Virus record (IMG/VR): IMGVR_UViG_3300047322_000252
Coordinates: 54,221-118,220 of that record
Strand: one strand, 5' to 3'
Length of the DNA: 64,000 nucleotides
Source of the DNA: a virus
In this document: positions 1-10,242 of the stretch, one piece after another
Numbering within the stretch: the stretch's first letter is position 1
How the letters are laid out: each line of letters starts with the position of its first letter
Position numbers and translations under genes: made by a program
Notes under the pieces: model-generated
What the model saw: the letters and a program-made list of their open reading frames with translations, nothing else
Database searches by the model: none
Told to the model about the DNA's origin: nothing

Positions 1-3
1 CAG

Positions 4-783
4 GTGGCGGGCACCCTGAGCGGAGTCGGAGACGCTGAGTCTTTCCAGCAGTGGTCAGCCGAGACATCAGCCCAGCACAACGCTTTCCTGGTGGCCTCGG
101 CGTCAGCAAAGCAGGGTGCAGGTGGCTCCAGTGCGGCTGCTGTCACAGCACCGTCCATGGCCGCTGCTGCCGGTGGCTCTCCGGATGCTGTGGGCCTCGA
201 CGTGGTGGGCAAGGCCCTGTACTCCGCAGGCTTCCGGGGTGACGACCTGGTCAACATGATGGCCATCCCCTCCCGGGAGTCCAGCTACGTCCCTGGTGCG
301 CACAACCTGAACCCCAACACTGGAGACGACTCCTGGGGCCTGTGGCAGATCAACGTGGCCCCCGGCGCCAACGGGGCCACCTTGAAGGCGGTCACCGGCT
401 CTGACGACCCCAACCAGTTGACCGATCCCGCCACCGCCGCCCGAGTCGCTTTCGAGATGTACAAGCGCTCCGGTAACACGCTGCGGCCGTGGGGCGGGTA
501 CAAGGGCATGTCGAACACGTACAACGTGAGCGACGATGCCATCGGCGCCGCCCGTTCGATGGCTCAGAGCCTCTGGCCCAGTGGCTACGGCGATCCCTCG
601 GGCGGCGCTAGTGGCAATGGCGGTTCCACCAGCGTGACGCACTCGCCGGTCGTCTTCAATGCCACCTTCAACATCTCGGCTTCGGGCGGTGGCGGCGGGG
701 CCATGGACCTTGACGGCCTGGCCCGGCAACTAGCACCCAAGATCGAGTCCGTAGTCCGTCGAGCAGTAGGGGCCACACGATGA
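4..783 (+). CDS. C-terminal part of tape-measure-type protein with lytic transglycosylase (SLT/lysozyme-like) domain; probably begins upstream of the window
   Basis: RES...GAHN...DDSWGLWQIN...PW motif of SLT-like domains; Ala/Gly-rich; lies directly before the baseplate genes. Confidence 0.75.
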   Translation: MAGTLSGVGDAESFQQWSAETSAQHNAFLVASASAKQGAGGSSAAAVTAPSMAAAAGGSPDAVGLDVVGKALYSAGFRGDDLVNMMAIPSRESSYVPGAHNLNPNTGDDSWGLWQINVAPGANGATLKAVTGSDDPNQLTDPATAARVAFEMYKRSGNTLRPWGGYKGMSNTYNVSDDAIGAARSMAQSLWPSGYGDPSGGASGNGGSTSVTHSPVVFNATFNISASGGGGGAMDLDGLARQLAPKIESVVRRAVGATR

Positions 784-2474
784 GCGTTGATTCCGACATC
801 GGTTCGGGGAGTGATCGCAGCCCGAGCTACAACATCGGAGGGGCACCGCCCTACGGCTGGACGGGTACCCCGGGCTACAACCCCTTCCAGGCTCCCAGTG
901 AGAAGGAGACGTTCGGGGAGGTGGCGCTCTACGAGCGCATGGACTGGACAGGTGGTGTCACTGCCGACGCAGCCCAGAAGGAGTTGCAGAACCCGCCCTT
1001 CATCGGCGTGGGGAGCACCAGCGCCCGGGTTCCGGGGCACATGGCCAACAGCAGCAACCCGGCCATCCCGCACCGCATCCTGCGGGGCTACATGCGCCGC
1101 TTCGACACCAACCCGGCGAGTACTGACAACGCCTCGGACCCGTCGAAGAGCTACAAGGCCCGGCTCTTCTTCATGTGGAACCCCCAGTTCATCGAGCGCA
1201 CGTACGCAGCGCTGGAGGACATCCAGCAGTTCCTCAACCTCACCAACCAGGCCAACGGGCCGGTGAACAATGAGGACACGCAGCCGTACTTGAAGACGGA
1301 GGTGGGCTTCTCTCTGGTCTTCGACCGGCAGGAGGAGGTGAACCGCTTCCCGAACCACCCTGGCTGTCTGGTGGACCTGGCGGTGTTCGACCTGCTGTCG
1401 AGAGGTGGCTCCCCAGCCGGACAGATGACCAAGGAGGCGTTGAAGGCGCTGGACGACGCTGGTGGGACGGTGGCGGGAGGCCCGTCCAGCAAGAGCCTGA
1501 TCTTCAACCCCGGCATCAAGATCGCCGTCATCTTCTCGCCCTACATCGTCTACTTCGGCAACATCATCGACGTGCGGGCCACCTTCGAGAAGTTCTCGCA
1601 CCGCATGACGCCTACTCGTATGACGCTGGACTTGAAGATGCGGCTCTACGCCTTCGGCAGCCTGAACCAGTTGAAGGCCTCGGACCAGGCAGCGGTGTCC
1701 TCTTCAGCTTCAGCAGCGGCATACCAGGCGGGGCCTCTGGGAGCAGTGGACCCCACGACGGTGACGGCCAAGAGCCAGGACGAGAAGGACCGGCTCAACA
1801 TCCAGGGGGCCAGGGACGCCATGTCCTGGGGTGAGCACTGGATCGGCAAGGTCAACTACGAGGCCGGGGCGACCCGGTGTGCGAACGCTGGAGCGGACAG
1901 CTACGACAAGCCGGACTCCAACATCCCGCTGGCCTTCGACTGCTCCAGCTTCGTGGCCCGGTGTTTCTGCGTGATCGGGTGGGGTCCCACACTGGGCATC
2001 GACCCTTGTTCTGACACCAACGGGTTCGAGACAGCGATCAAGAACAACCCCAGCGCCTGGTACGTGTACTGGTTCAGCAACGAGATGATGCGTGCTCAGA
2101 ACAACGGAAGCTCCACCAGCGCTGTGTTCACCGTGCTGACCAGTCAGATCCGGCCCGGGGACTGCATCCTGCGCTCCGGTACCGGCCCCAACGGACACAT
2201 CGCTTTCATCCATGCGGTCATCGAGGCAGGTAAGACCTACGAGATCTTGCATACCAACACCTCGAAGCCGCCCAACAACAAGGTCCACCTGGACACCTAC
2301 ACCCTGGACCACATCGTCAACGGCGACGGCAACAGCATGAAGCCGTACACGCACCTCATCCGGGCGCAGCCCATCCCGCTGGTGAAGCCAGCCGAGCAGA
2401 AGGCTGCCCCGAGCAACCCGGCGCCGCAGATGGTGATGGCCCGGTCCACGATCTCTCTGGCTGGGCGGTTCTGA
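780..2474 (+). CDS. Tail-tube initiator/baseplate protein with NlpC/P60-type peptidoglycan hydrolase domain
   Basis: N-terminal F.WNP..I...Y and F.L.FDR pattern of tube initiators; FDCSSFV (catalytic Cys) and GHIA (His) of NlpC/P60. Confidence 0.65.
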   Translation: MSVDSDIGSGSDRSPSYNIGGAPPYGWTGTPGYNPFQAPSEKETFGEVALYERMDWTGGVTADAAQKELQNPPFIGVGSTSARVPGHMANSSNPAIPHRILRGYMRRFDTNPASTDNASDPSKSYKARLFFMWNPQFIERTYAALEDIQQFLNLTNQANGPVNNEDTQPYLKTEVGFSLVFDRQEEVNRFPNHPGCLVDLAVFDLLSRGGSPAGQMTKEALKALDDAGGTVAGGPSSKSLIFNPGIKIAVIFSPYIVYFGNIIDVRATFEKFSHRMTPTRMTLDLKMRLYAFGSLNQLKASDQAAVSSSASAAAYQAGPLGAVDPTTVTAKSQDEKDRLNIQGARDAMSWGEHWIGKVNYEAGATRCANAGADSYDKPDSNIPLAFDCSSFVARCFCVIGWGPTLGIDPCSDTNGFETAIKNNPSAWYVYWFSNEMMRAQNNGSSTSAVFTVLTSQIRPGDCILRSGTGPNGHIAFIHAVIEAGKTYEILHTNTSKPPNNKVHLDTYTLDHIVNGDGNSMKPYTHLIRAQPIPLVKPAEQKAAPSNPAPQMVMARSTISLAGRF

Positions 2475-2758
2475 TGATCACCGCTGCCTCCCGCTACACC
2501 CAGGGCGAGGCCTTGTGGGTCACCACCAAGGACCCTGACGTGGGCCGGGGCAACAAGCTCACGGTGTTCCTCAACACCGTCACCTACCTCACCAGCCCCT
2601 ACTCCGTGGCGCTGGTGAAGGAGACGGACGACATGAGCCTGTTCGCTTTCACCGCCTACGCCGACCCTCGGCGGTGGTGGGTGATCGCTGATGCCAACCC
2701 GCAGGTGTTCCACCCTTGGGACGCCCGCCCTGGCCAGTCCGTGCGGGTGCCGTCGTGA
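2474..2758 (+). CDS. LysM/gpX-like baseplate protein
   Basis: 94 aa with AY.DP..WW.IADANP motif; position in baseplate module. Confidence 0.7.
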   Translation: MITAASRYTQGEALWVTTKDPDVGRGNKLTVFLNTVTYLTSPYSVALVKETDDMSLFAFTAYADPRRWWVIADANPQVFHPWDARPGQSVRVPS

Positions 2759-3972
2759 CTACCTCCCCCTCGCTGGTCCAGCCTGCTCGCAGCCCGACCA
2801 CCGTCATCGGGGACATCCGGGTGAACGAGCGTTCCATCCTGGTCACTCCCACGCACGGCACGCTCACCCGCAAGGAGGATGAGCACGACACCGCCAGCAT
2901 CTTCGTGGTCACCGGCACTCGTGCCACGGACTTCGATCAGCTACCGAACCAGCGCATCGAGTTCGCCTACGGCACTCCCGGCAACAAGAGCACCTTCCAG
3001 GGTTATGTCAACAGCGTGATGCCGCAGAAGCGGTTGGTGGGTAACCAGACTGTCACCGTGCAGGAGATCTTCTGCTACGGGGCCTCGATGGTGTTGAAGG
3101 GCAACGTCCCCCGCTTCTTCACGTCATTGACATTGACGCAGATGATGCAGCGCATCGTGAGCGAGGCCAACCTGGGCTTCTCCGACGAGTTCCGCAACGA
3201 CACGATGGTGTGGCGCTCTCTGGCCCAGACCTCGGAGTCGGACTGGGAGATGTTGCTGGCCATGGCGAACCGCCTGGCTGCTCGCATCCTCTACGACCAG
3301 GGTGTCGTGCGCCTCATCGACTACCGGGACATCGCCTACCGCATGCTCCCGGTGCGCAAGCTCCTGAGCGGGAGCATGGACCCGGACTTCTCGGCCTCCG
3401 AGACGGGCAACTTCGGGTCGGGCGCCGTGGTCGAGTACGTGCCCATCAGCGTCGGTGTCCAGGACCCGGCCTACCGCACGCCCACCACCGCCTACCTGGC
3501 CGGGAAGTCGGCCGTGGTGCTGACCCCGCCGCTGGCCAGGCTCACGGCTCAGCCCTCGGTCATGAAGAACACCTGGGGGTCGGCACTGGTGGGCCGCTTC
3601 GCCACCGACATGCCTGCGTCATCACAACAAGAGGCCGAGATCATCCAGCAGGGCTTCTACAACCCACCGTGGCCCCAGCAGGCCGAGGTTCGCATCGAGG
3701 GGGACGCCACCGCCTCTCCTGGCACCGTGGTGCAGATCTCCTCGAAGCGGGGGCAAACCATGTCCCCGACCTACGACGGTCTGTGGTACGTCAGTGGGGT
3801 GCAGCACGACATCGGCCTCAACAAGCGCTTCTACACCGTGCTGACCGTGGGTCGGCAGGCTGAGCGGGGCATGAACTGGTATCAGTACCGGCCGTTCTGG
3901 CTGAGTGACAAGCGTGGCCCGCCCACTCTGCGCTCGTCGGGCGCTGGACAGTGGATCTCGAACTGGAGGTGA
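2755..3972 (+). CDS. Baseplate hub protein (gpD/gp27-like)
   Basis: Q..ESDW..L..LA.R and G.WYV..V.H motifs; GTG overlaps the upstream TGA. Confidence 0.7.
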   Translation: MTTSPSLVQPARSPTTVIGDIRVNERSILVTPTHGTLTRKEDEHDTASIFVVTGTRATDFDQLPNQRIEFAYGTPGNKSTFQGYVNSVMPQKRLVGNQTVTVQEIFCYGASMVLKGNVPRFFTSLTLTQMMQRIVSEANLGFSDEFRNDTMVWRSLAQTSESDWEMLLAMANRLAARILYDQGVVRLIDYRDIAYRMLPVRKLLSGSMDPDFSASETGNFGSGAVVEYVPISVGVQDPAYRTPTTAYLAGKSAVVLTPPLARLTAQPSVMKNTWGSALVGRFATDMPASSQQEAEIIQQGFYNPPWPQQAEVRIEGDATASPGTVVQISSKRGQTMSPTYDGLWYVSGVQHDIGLNKRFYTVLTVGRQAERGMNWYQYRPFWLSDKRGPPTLRSSGAGQWISNWR

Positions 3973-3973
3973 C

Positions 3974-4366
3974 ATGCAGGCGCTCAGATTCCCCTTCCAG
4001 ATCGACATCTACGGGCACGTCTCTGTTGTAACAACGTACCCGGAGGTCATCCGTGGGCAGTTGATCGACGTGCTGATGACCAACGAGAACGAGCGGGTCA
4101 TGCACCCCACCTACGGCGCCAACATGGAAGCGGCCCTCTTCGATCCCACTGACGTGTTGGTGCAGGCTGATGCAGCCCAGCAAGTGTCTGAGCGGATCAC
4201 CACCTTCGCTCCCCGGGTGAACCTGCGGGACGTCAGGTTCTCTGCGGACCCTCTCCAGCCAGGCAGGCTCTTCGTGGACGTCAGTTACTCGGCCGGGGCC
4301 TTCGATGAGGCTCGCTCTCTGCGCATCCCGGTCGCCAACTTCCTGAGCGAGGAGTCCTCGGTATGA
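3974..4366 (+). CDS. gp25/GPW-like baseplate wedge (sheath initiator)
   Basis: L.FPF...T..NERVMHP.YG motif; GGAGG RBS before ATG 3974. Confidence 0.85.
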   Translation: MQALRFPFQIDIYGHVSVVTTYPEVIRGQLIDVLMTNENERVMHPTYGANMEAALFDPTDVLVQADAAQQVSERITTFAPRVNLRDVRFSADPLQPGRLFVDVSYSAGAFDEARSLRIPVANFLSEESSV

Positions 4367-5856
4367 CCGCACCCATCGAGATGGACTACACGAACAGGGA
4401 CTACGACTCTCTCGTCTCCTTCCTGGTGAGCGCCGCCCGGGGGTTCATGCCCGAGTGGGTCACCGTGGGCGAGACAACCGACTTCGGAACTTTGTTGTTA
4501 GAACTGTTTGCTTACGTCGGAGACGTGACCAACTACTACATCGACCGGGTCGCTGCCGAGCCGTTCCTGGCCACTGCCCAGCGTCGTCAGAGCGTCCTCG
4601 GCATAGCCGACATGCTGGGGTACACCCCCATCGCCCAGCAGGCTGCCTCGGGCATCGTCACCTTCACCCTGGACGACACCGCCTACCTGAACAGCACCAC
4701 CACCATCCCGTCAGGGACCGTGGTGCAGACGGGCCAGAGCGAGGGCCAGGGGGCCGTCTTCTTCGAGACGACCACCAACGCCTACCTGGGCCAGTCGGTG
4801 CGCACCGCTGACATCGGTGTGAACGAGGGCCGCACCATCGCCACCGAGTACGTGGCGATCTCCAACGGCGCCCCCATGCAGGAGTACGTGCTGATGAACG
4901 CCGGGGTGATCCACCGCAGCACCCGGCTTTACGTGCAGGAGACGGACACCTCCGTCATCGAGTGGAGCTACGTGGACAACCTGGTGGTGGCCGACCCCGA
5001 CGCCTCGGTGTGGACCACCTACCTGGACGACCAGCAGTTCCTGCACATCGTCTTCGGAGACAACGTGGCCGGGCGCATCCCGCCCAACGGCGCTCAGGTC
5101 ACCTGCTCCTACCGCTACGGCGCCGGGGCACGAGGCAACGTGGCCGGGGGCACCATCACCCAGATCACACCACCGATCGCTGGCGTGAGCGTGGTCAACG
5201 CCGCCGACAGCCCCTGCAACGGCGGCGCTGACAACGAGTCGATCGACCAGATGCGCTACTCGATCCCCCGAGCGGCCAAGCTCCGGGACCGGGCCATCAC
5301 CCTCCAGGACTTCGCAGACCTGGCCCACCAGGTACCCGGTGTGGCAAAGGCCACAGCAACGGGCCAGTTCTACACGAACATCAAGGTGTACATCGCCCCG
5401 GTGGGCGGGGGCTACCCCTCGGTTGACCTGCGGGCAGCGGTGGACACCTACCTCACCGAGCGGGCCTTGGTGGGCACCGCTGTCGATGTCCACCCGCTGA
5501 GCACTTCCGAGCAGTTGTATCAACAGATCCACCTGGCGCTCGACGTCCACGTCCGCAAGGAGTTCGGCCAGTTGACCGTGGCCAATGGCGTGCGGGACGC
5601 CATGACCGCCCTCTTCGCCTTCGACTCCTCGGACTTCGGCAAGTTCTACTCCCAGGGCGACGTGTACCACGCTGCGCTGGCCGTCACCGGGGTGGACTAC
5701 ATCGTCTTGAAGGCCATGCAGTTCTACGCCGCCGACAACAGCACCCTTGTGGCTCCCGCCATCGGTGACCTCACGGCCAGCCCGATCCTCATCCCGCTGC
5801 TCGACACCACCGACACGATCAAGTTCGTGCTCACCCCCATCGGGGGCCTGACGTGA
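4363..5856 (+). CDS. Baseplate J/gp47-like wedge protein
   Basis: DYT.RDYDSL, D.G..LLELFAY, FGD...GRIP, GGAD.ES, RA.T..DF motifs. Confidence 0.9.
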   Translation: MTAPIEMDYTNRDYDSLVSFLVSAARGFMPEWVTVGETTDFGTLLLELFAYVGDVTNYYIDRVAAEPFLATAQRRQSVLGIADMLGYTPIAQQAASGIVTFTLDDTAYLNSTTTIPSGTVVQTGQSEGQGAVFFETTTNAYLGQSVRTADIGVNEGRTIATEYVAISNGAPMQEYVLMNAGVIHRSTRLYVQETDTSVIEWSYVDNLVVADPDASVWTTYLDDQQFLHIVFGDNVAGRIPPNGAQVTCSYRYGAGARGNVAGGTITQITPPIAGVSVVNAADSPCNGGADNESIDQMRYSIPRAAKLRDRAITLQDFADLAHQVPGVAKATATGQFYTNIKVYIAPVGGGYPSVDLRAAVDTYLTERALVGTAVDVHPLSTSEQLYQQIHLALDVHVRKEFGQLTVANGVRDAMTALFAFDSSDFGKFYSQGDVYHAALAVTGVDYIVLKAMQFYAADNSTLVAPAIGDLTASPILIPLLDTTDTIKFVLTPIGGLT

Positions 5857-7436
5857 CGGACTTCCGCCCCTTCACCATCCGGCGCACCATCGGCGGCGAC
5901 GTCGTCCGCTCGACCGCTGGATGGCACGGAGCGCTGCGGTACGGCCCCGTCCAGGTCCCGTTCGACATCGTGGACGGGACCACTCTCGACGGCATGCCCA
6001 TCGGGTATGACACTGGCCTCGTCACGGTGCGGATTCCCCCCACCGTGCCGTGGGTTGAGGCGGTACTGGTGCGGGGTGCCTTCGGGCCTCCCACCACACC
6101 GCTGGACGGGGTGCCGGTCTGGTACGAGGAGGGCCACGATCCTCACGACCCGGACCAGTTCAGCCAGATGGTCATGGACACGCCGCTCACCGGGGGCTAC
6201 TGGTATTACTACACGCTCTTCCTGTACTTCGGCTCGCCCCCCACCTGGCTGGCTGCGGCCACCGTGGCGCTGCTGGTGCCCCGCAACTACGGCACCGCCG
6301 AGAAGCTGTTCAGCCTGATCCCGCAGTTCTACCAGTCCACCGACGATCAGCAGGCGGCTGACGGGCGCAACGGACCGCTGCGGAAGTTCACGGCCATCCT
6401 GGGTTATGACAACGACTACGAGCGCACGCTCCTCGACGGCGTGCTCAACGTCTACGACCCGGACCGGGCGCCCTTGAAGTTCGTCCAGCTACTGGGCACC
6501 AACCTGGGCCTTCCCATCGAGCAGGCCCTCGGCGGCGCTCGCTACCGCACCCTGGTGGGTGGCCTCACCCAGCTAGAGGACCTGCGGGGTACCTCCATCG
6601 GCCTGGAGGCGTTCATCTACGCCGCCAGCAACTACCGCTGTGATGTGACAACGGGAGGAAACTCCCTGCTCACGCCGGACGACGCCGAGTTCGTGAATGG
6701 AGTGGGGCACTGGCAGAAGTTCCTCAACTCTGCTATCACAACATTCCAGAACGCCATCTCCCACGCCACGCCTGCGGTGCCTGGGGACCAGTGGGCCAAC
6801 CTGGTCCTGCGCAAGTACACCGGCAACGCCAGCCCGCCCATCCCTCCGGTGCCCAGCGCCGGGCAGGGGATCATGGAGATCATCGATCTGGCGACCACGC
6901 ACCTCTACACCGACTTCGTCATCGTCTGTGGCCTCAGCCCGACCGGATCTACTGGGGGCCTGCCGGACGCCATCCAGTTCGGCATCCCGGTGCGAGGCGG
7001 GGAACTGTGGGAGTTCAGCTTCAACATGGTCAAGCCCACCGCTGGCCCGACTGCTCAGGTGGTCGCCTCGTGGGTCGCCTACGACACCAACGGCGTCTTG
7101 AAGGGCGTCTACCAGGACGCCACAACCTACGCCCCCAACGGCTACCTGTCCGACACCGGGGCCTGGACCAAGTACCGGATGCAGCACATCATCGCCTCGG
7201 GCGGCGACGGCCTCGTCACCGACCCAGCGGGCGGCATCTGCGGCTACATCATCCCCTGCATCTGGTGGCATGCACCGACAGCCATGACTGCCCGGTACAT
7301 CATGGGGGCCATGCTGACCAGCATCAAGGGCGTGGGTGGGGCCATCGTGCCGCTGCCGCCTGACGTGTACCTGACCCTCGGGTCCACCAAGCTGCTCAAT
7401 AGCCCACAATCGATACTGGGGCCAGATCCGGCATGA
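5853..7436 (+). CDS. Baseplate wedge/tail-fibre attachment protein (gpI-like)
   Basis: L...IP.FY...D, L.KF...G...D and RGT..GL pattern; follows baseplate J. Confidence 0.55.
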   Translation: MTDFRPFTIRRTIGGDVVRSTAGWHGALRYGPVQVPFDIVDGTTLDGMPIGYDTGLVTVRIPPTVPWVEAVLVRGAFGPPTTPLDGVPVWYEEGHDPHDPDQFSQMVMDTPLTGGYWYYYTLFLYFGSPPTWLAAATVALLVPRNYGTAEKLFSLIPQFYQSTDDQQAADGRNGPLRKFTAILGYDNDYERTLLDGVLNVYDPDRAPLKFVQLLGTNLGLPIEQALGGARYRTLVGGLTQLEDLRGTSIGLEAFIYAASNYRCDVTTGGNSLLTPDDAEFVNGVGHWQKFLNSAITTFQNAISHATPAVPGDQWANLVLRKYTGNASPPIPPVPSAGQGIMEIIDLATTHLYTDFVIVCGLSPTGSTGGLPDAIQFGIPVRGGELWEFSFNMVKPTAGPTAQVVASWVAYDTNGVLKGVYQDATTYAPNGYLSDTGAWTKYRMQHIIASGGDGLVTDPAGGICGYIIPCIWWHAPTAMTARYIMGAMLTSIKGVGGAIVPLPPDVYLTLGSTKLLNSPQSILGPDPA

Positions 7437-8665
7437 CCACCTACGTGAACCAGCATCTGTTGTCACATCTGGCGGACGGCTCGCTCAACTTCAACGGGAC
7501 AAACCTAGGTTTAGCCTTGGTTTACAGCTACGCCGTGCCGACTGACACCAGCCCCGACTCCTTCGACCAACTGCTGCTGTCGGGTGGCTTCCAGGAGCTT
7601 GACGCCGCCACCGGCTATACCCGCATCACTCGGACCGCCAACACCCAGGTGACGGCGCCGCTCACCAAGGTGGCGATCGGGGCCGACTACGCATTGACAC
7701 TGACGAAGCCCACCTTCGTGGCTGCTGGTGTCTGGTACCTGGCGGGCAGCCAGGCGGGATTCACCAACCCCTGGCTCTTCGTCACCGACAGCATGTTCGG
7801 CAATGTTGTGTCACCAGGGGCCATCGTCGGCATCGCCGCCACCCCTAAGGTGCTGTTCTCCTACGTGACGCATGGGACCACAGCGGACGTAGCCGGGGGC
7901 ACGGTGGTGCAGTCTCCTGGCCCCACCACGTGGGAGTCGGCCCGCATCCAGCACGTCTACCTCTATCCGCAGCGGGTCAACTTGATTCCGAACCCGAGCT
8001 ACGAAGATGTCGGCGGCTTCGGGTGGCGCTCAGATGCTGCCATCGCCAGGGTTCTGGGTGGTGTGGACAAGCCTGCGTCCAACTACTTCGGCCGGGCGGC
8101 GGGCAAGGTGGTGCAGTCTCTCTCCATCCCGACCCAGGGCCGCATGCGGTTCTCGGCCTACGTGCGCAAGGGCACCGGCACCAAGATCACCCTGAGTCTC
8201 GTGTGTCTGGACGAGACATACAGCGTGCTCACCACCGTCCAGGGGCATCAGCGGACGTTGTACAGCGACTGGGCACGGTATGACGACCTCCTGGCGCCCT
8301 CCGACGACTGTGTGGCCGTGATCCCCCAGATCATCTCGGACGGGTCCTTCGACTTCGACCTGTGCCTGCTGGAGGCCACCGACCCCCTCCACGACTACTT
8401 CGCCGGGGACTCCGACACCGGGGCGCCCTACGACTTCTCGTGGCAGGGCCAGGCCCACCAGTCCTACTCTTGTTATTACAACAACCGCCATGTGACGGCA
8501 GCACGCCTGTTCGGGGGCTATTTCAACGGCCAGATGACCTTGCCTGGCCTCGTGCAGGACTGGATTCCCACTGGCACGGCAGTGTACACCCACTGGGATG
8601 TGCTGAGTATGACGGATACTGGGCACCCCTTGAAGGACTGGTCACCCAAGATCTTCGTGCCGTAG
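7433..8665 (+). CDS. Minor tail protein with carbohydrate-binding-like domain
   Basis: RVNLIPNPS.E and YF.GD motifs typical of actinophage minor tail proteins. Confidence 0.55.
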   Translation: MTTYVNQHLLSHLADGSLNFNGTNLGLALVYSYAVPTDTSPDSFDQLLLSGGFQELDAATGYTRITRTANTQVTAPLTKVAIGADYALTLTKPTFVAAGVWYLAGSQAGFTNPWLFVTDSMFGNVVSPGAIVGIAATPKVLFSYVTHGTTADVAGGTVVQSPGPTTWESARIQHVYLYPQRVNLIPNPSYEDVGGFGWRSDAAIARVLGGVDKPASNYFGRAAGKVVQSLSIPTQGRMRFSAYVRKGTGTKITLSLVCLDETYSVLTTVQGHQRTLYSDWARYDDLLAPSDDCVAVIPQIISDGSFDFDLCLLEATDPLHDYFAGDSDTGAPYDFSWQGQAHQSYSCYYNNRHVTAARLFGGYFNGQMTLPGLVQDWIPTGTAVYTHWDVLSMTDTGHPLKDWSPKIFVP

Positions 8666-8675
8666 GGTTCCGAAC

Positions 8676-8933
8676 ATGGTGTTCGTCCTGGTGGGGCTAG
8701 GTGTGTTCATGGTTGTACGGGTCGCCACCGAGGGCATCACCGCTCCTGCCTGGTTCTACATGGCCCTGTCGATCGCCCTGGCCTGCGGTGGACTGGCTCT
8801 CACCAGCGAAAGTCCCTGGTGGGGACCGGCCGTGGCCGGGATCGCCTTCGGGTTCTACCGAGGCGACCAGGTGATCGTGGCCCTGCGGGACTGGATTAGA
8901 GTCCGTGTTCTTCGGGGTCCGTCCCGAAGGTAA
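8676..8933 (+). CDS. Small membrane protein (about 3 TM segments)
   Basis: Hydrophobic segments with basic C-terminus; leaderless -10 TAGGGT at 8663. Confidence 0.6.
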   Translation: MVFVLVGLGVFMVVRVATEGITAPAWFYMALSIALACGGLALTSESPWWGPAVAGIAFGFYRGDQVIVALRDWIRVRVLRGPSRR

Positions 8934-8964
8934 CTGGGCTTCTACCTGCACGAATGGAGAGCAC

Positions 8965-9840
8965 ATGCTCTATGCCATTGCCGGAAACGGCGTAGGCCCC
9001 AACGCCGAGATCACCAAGGCTCTCGCAGATCTCAAAGCGAAGGCCACGGCTGACGGGGTTGACTTCTGGCTCCTGCTGGAAGCGAAGGACGAACCCACCA
9101 AGGCTGACACCGTCATCTATGAGTGGGCCAACAAGACCGAGACGTGGTTCGAGACGATCACGGCCACTGACGCTGCCGTCGAGGGCGCTCAGACGGCTGA
9201 GCAGAACGAAGACCCTCACGGACGGATGTTGGAGCGCATCCTGGAGATCCGTGGGGCCGCTGAACCGGAGGACGGCTCCGTCCTGGTTCTTCTTCCCCCC
9301 GATGACGCCGACGACGATGAGCCGCTGATGGCCCTCATCGAGAACGCCATCGACTCCGACGTCGAGGTCTTCCAGTTGAACGGGGCCATGAGCAAGCTGA
9401 GCCTCGGGGAGGCCGAGGAGGAAGGGGATGCCGAACCAGTGGCTGCTGAGCCGGTGAAAGGTGCCACCAAGAAGGCAGGGGCGGCGAAGAAGGCGGCGGC
9501 TCCTGCTGCTGCCCCCACCAAGAAGGCAGCCGCCAAGAGGGCTGCGGCCCCCACCGCCGAAGATGTCGTAGCTGCGGTCGAGGAGCTACCTGAGGCTGTT
9601 GTGTACACAGAGGACGAACTGAAAAAAATGGGCGTCCCCGAACTCACCGGCATCGCACGAGGTCAGGGCATAGATACGAAGGGCCTCGGCAAGCGGGACC
9701 TGATCACGGCCATCATGAACCTCACCGAGGGCGAGCCGGAGGCCGTCGCTGCTGTTGTGTCAGCAGTCATGACCAATGGCGACGACGACGTGATCGTCAT
9801 CATCATCCCCCGGTCCAAGATCGTCGGCCTCCTGGGATGA
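8965..9840 (+). CDS. Hypothetical protein with Ala/Lys-rich histone-like linker and C-terminal Rho-N/HeH-like helical motif
   Basis: GGAGA RBS before ATG 8965; KKAGAAKKAAAPAAAPTKKAAAK; ELKKMGVPELTGIARGQGI...KRDLITAI. Confidence 0.6.
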   Translation: MLYAIAGNGVGPNAEITKALADLKAKATADGVDFWLLLEAKDEPTKADTVIYEWANKTETWFETITATDAAVEGAQTAEQNEDPHGRMLERILEIRGAAEPEDGSVLVLLPPDDADDDEPLMALIENAIDSDVEVFQLNGAMSKLSLGEAEEEGDAEPVAAEPVKGATKKAGAAKKAAAPAAAPTKKAAAKRAAAPTAEDVVAAVEELPEAVVYTEDELKKMGVPELTGIARGQGIDTKGLGKRDLITAIMNLTEGEPEAVAAVVSAVMTNGDDDVIVIIIPRSKIVGLLG

Positions 9841-10190
9841 CCCGCACGCTGATCCGCACGCTCACAGCCCTTCCGACCACCAAGGAAGGGCTGTGGGTGT
9901 ACACCCTGGTGCCAGTGGAGCGCAAGGCGGGGCCGAACTCGGAGGTGACGTGTTACAACGTGTGCCGCAAGAAGGGCTTCTGGTTCCCCACCATCCGGGT
10001 GTGCGGGGAACCTGACGAGTTTCCCTGGGACACGACCCAGCGAGACACCAGGGGCGTGCTCTCGTGCCCGCCCTGTGCCATCAGGTTCGTGAACCATCGC
10101 TTCAACGGGCACGACGACCCGGAGTGGGAAGATCACATCCGTATGCTCCAACTGCGGGCCATCCAGCAGATGGAGGCACGGTTCGGCTGA
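9837..10190 (+). CDS. Hypothetical protein
   Basis: ATGA overlap with upstream gene; followed by a hairpin. Confidence 0.55.
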   Translation: MTRTLIRTLTALPTTKEGLWVYTLVPVERKAGPNSEVTCYNVCRKKGFWFPTIRVCGEPDEFPWDTTQRDTRGVLSCPPCAIRFVNHRFNGHDDPEWEDHIRMLQLRAIQQMEARFG

Positions 10191-10196
10191 CAACGA

Positions 10197-10226
10197 CAGA
10201 GGCCCCCTCCGAAGAAGGGGCCTCTG
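10197..10226. terminator. Hairpin between convergent genes (probable bidirectional terminator)
   Basis: CAGAGGCCCC...GGGGCCTCTG. Confidence 0.6.
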
Positions 10227-10242
10227 CTAGCTTCCCGTCTTG

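Noticed and set aside
1-8665. Baseplate genes as an extracellular contractile injection system or tailocin
   Set aside because: They are contiguous with a full phage replication module, lysin and dense phage-type ORFs
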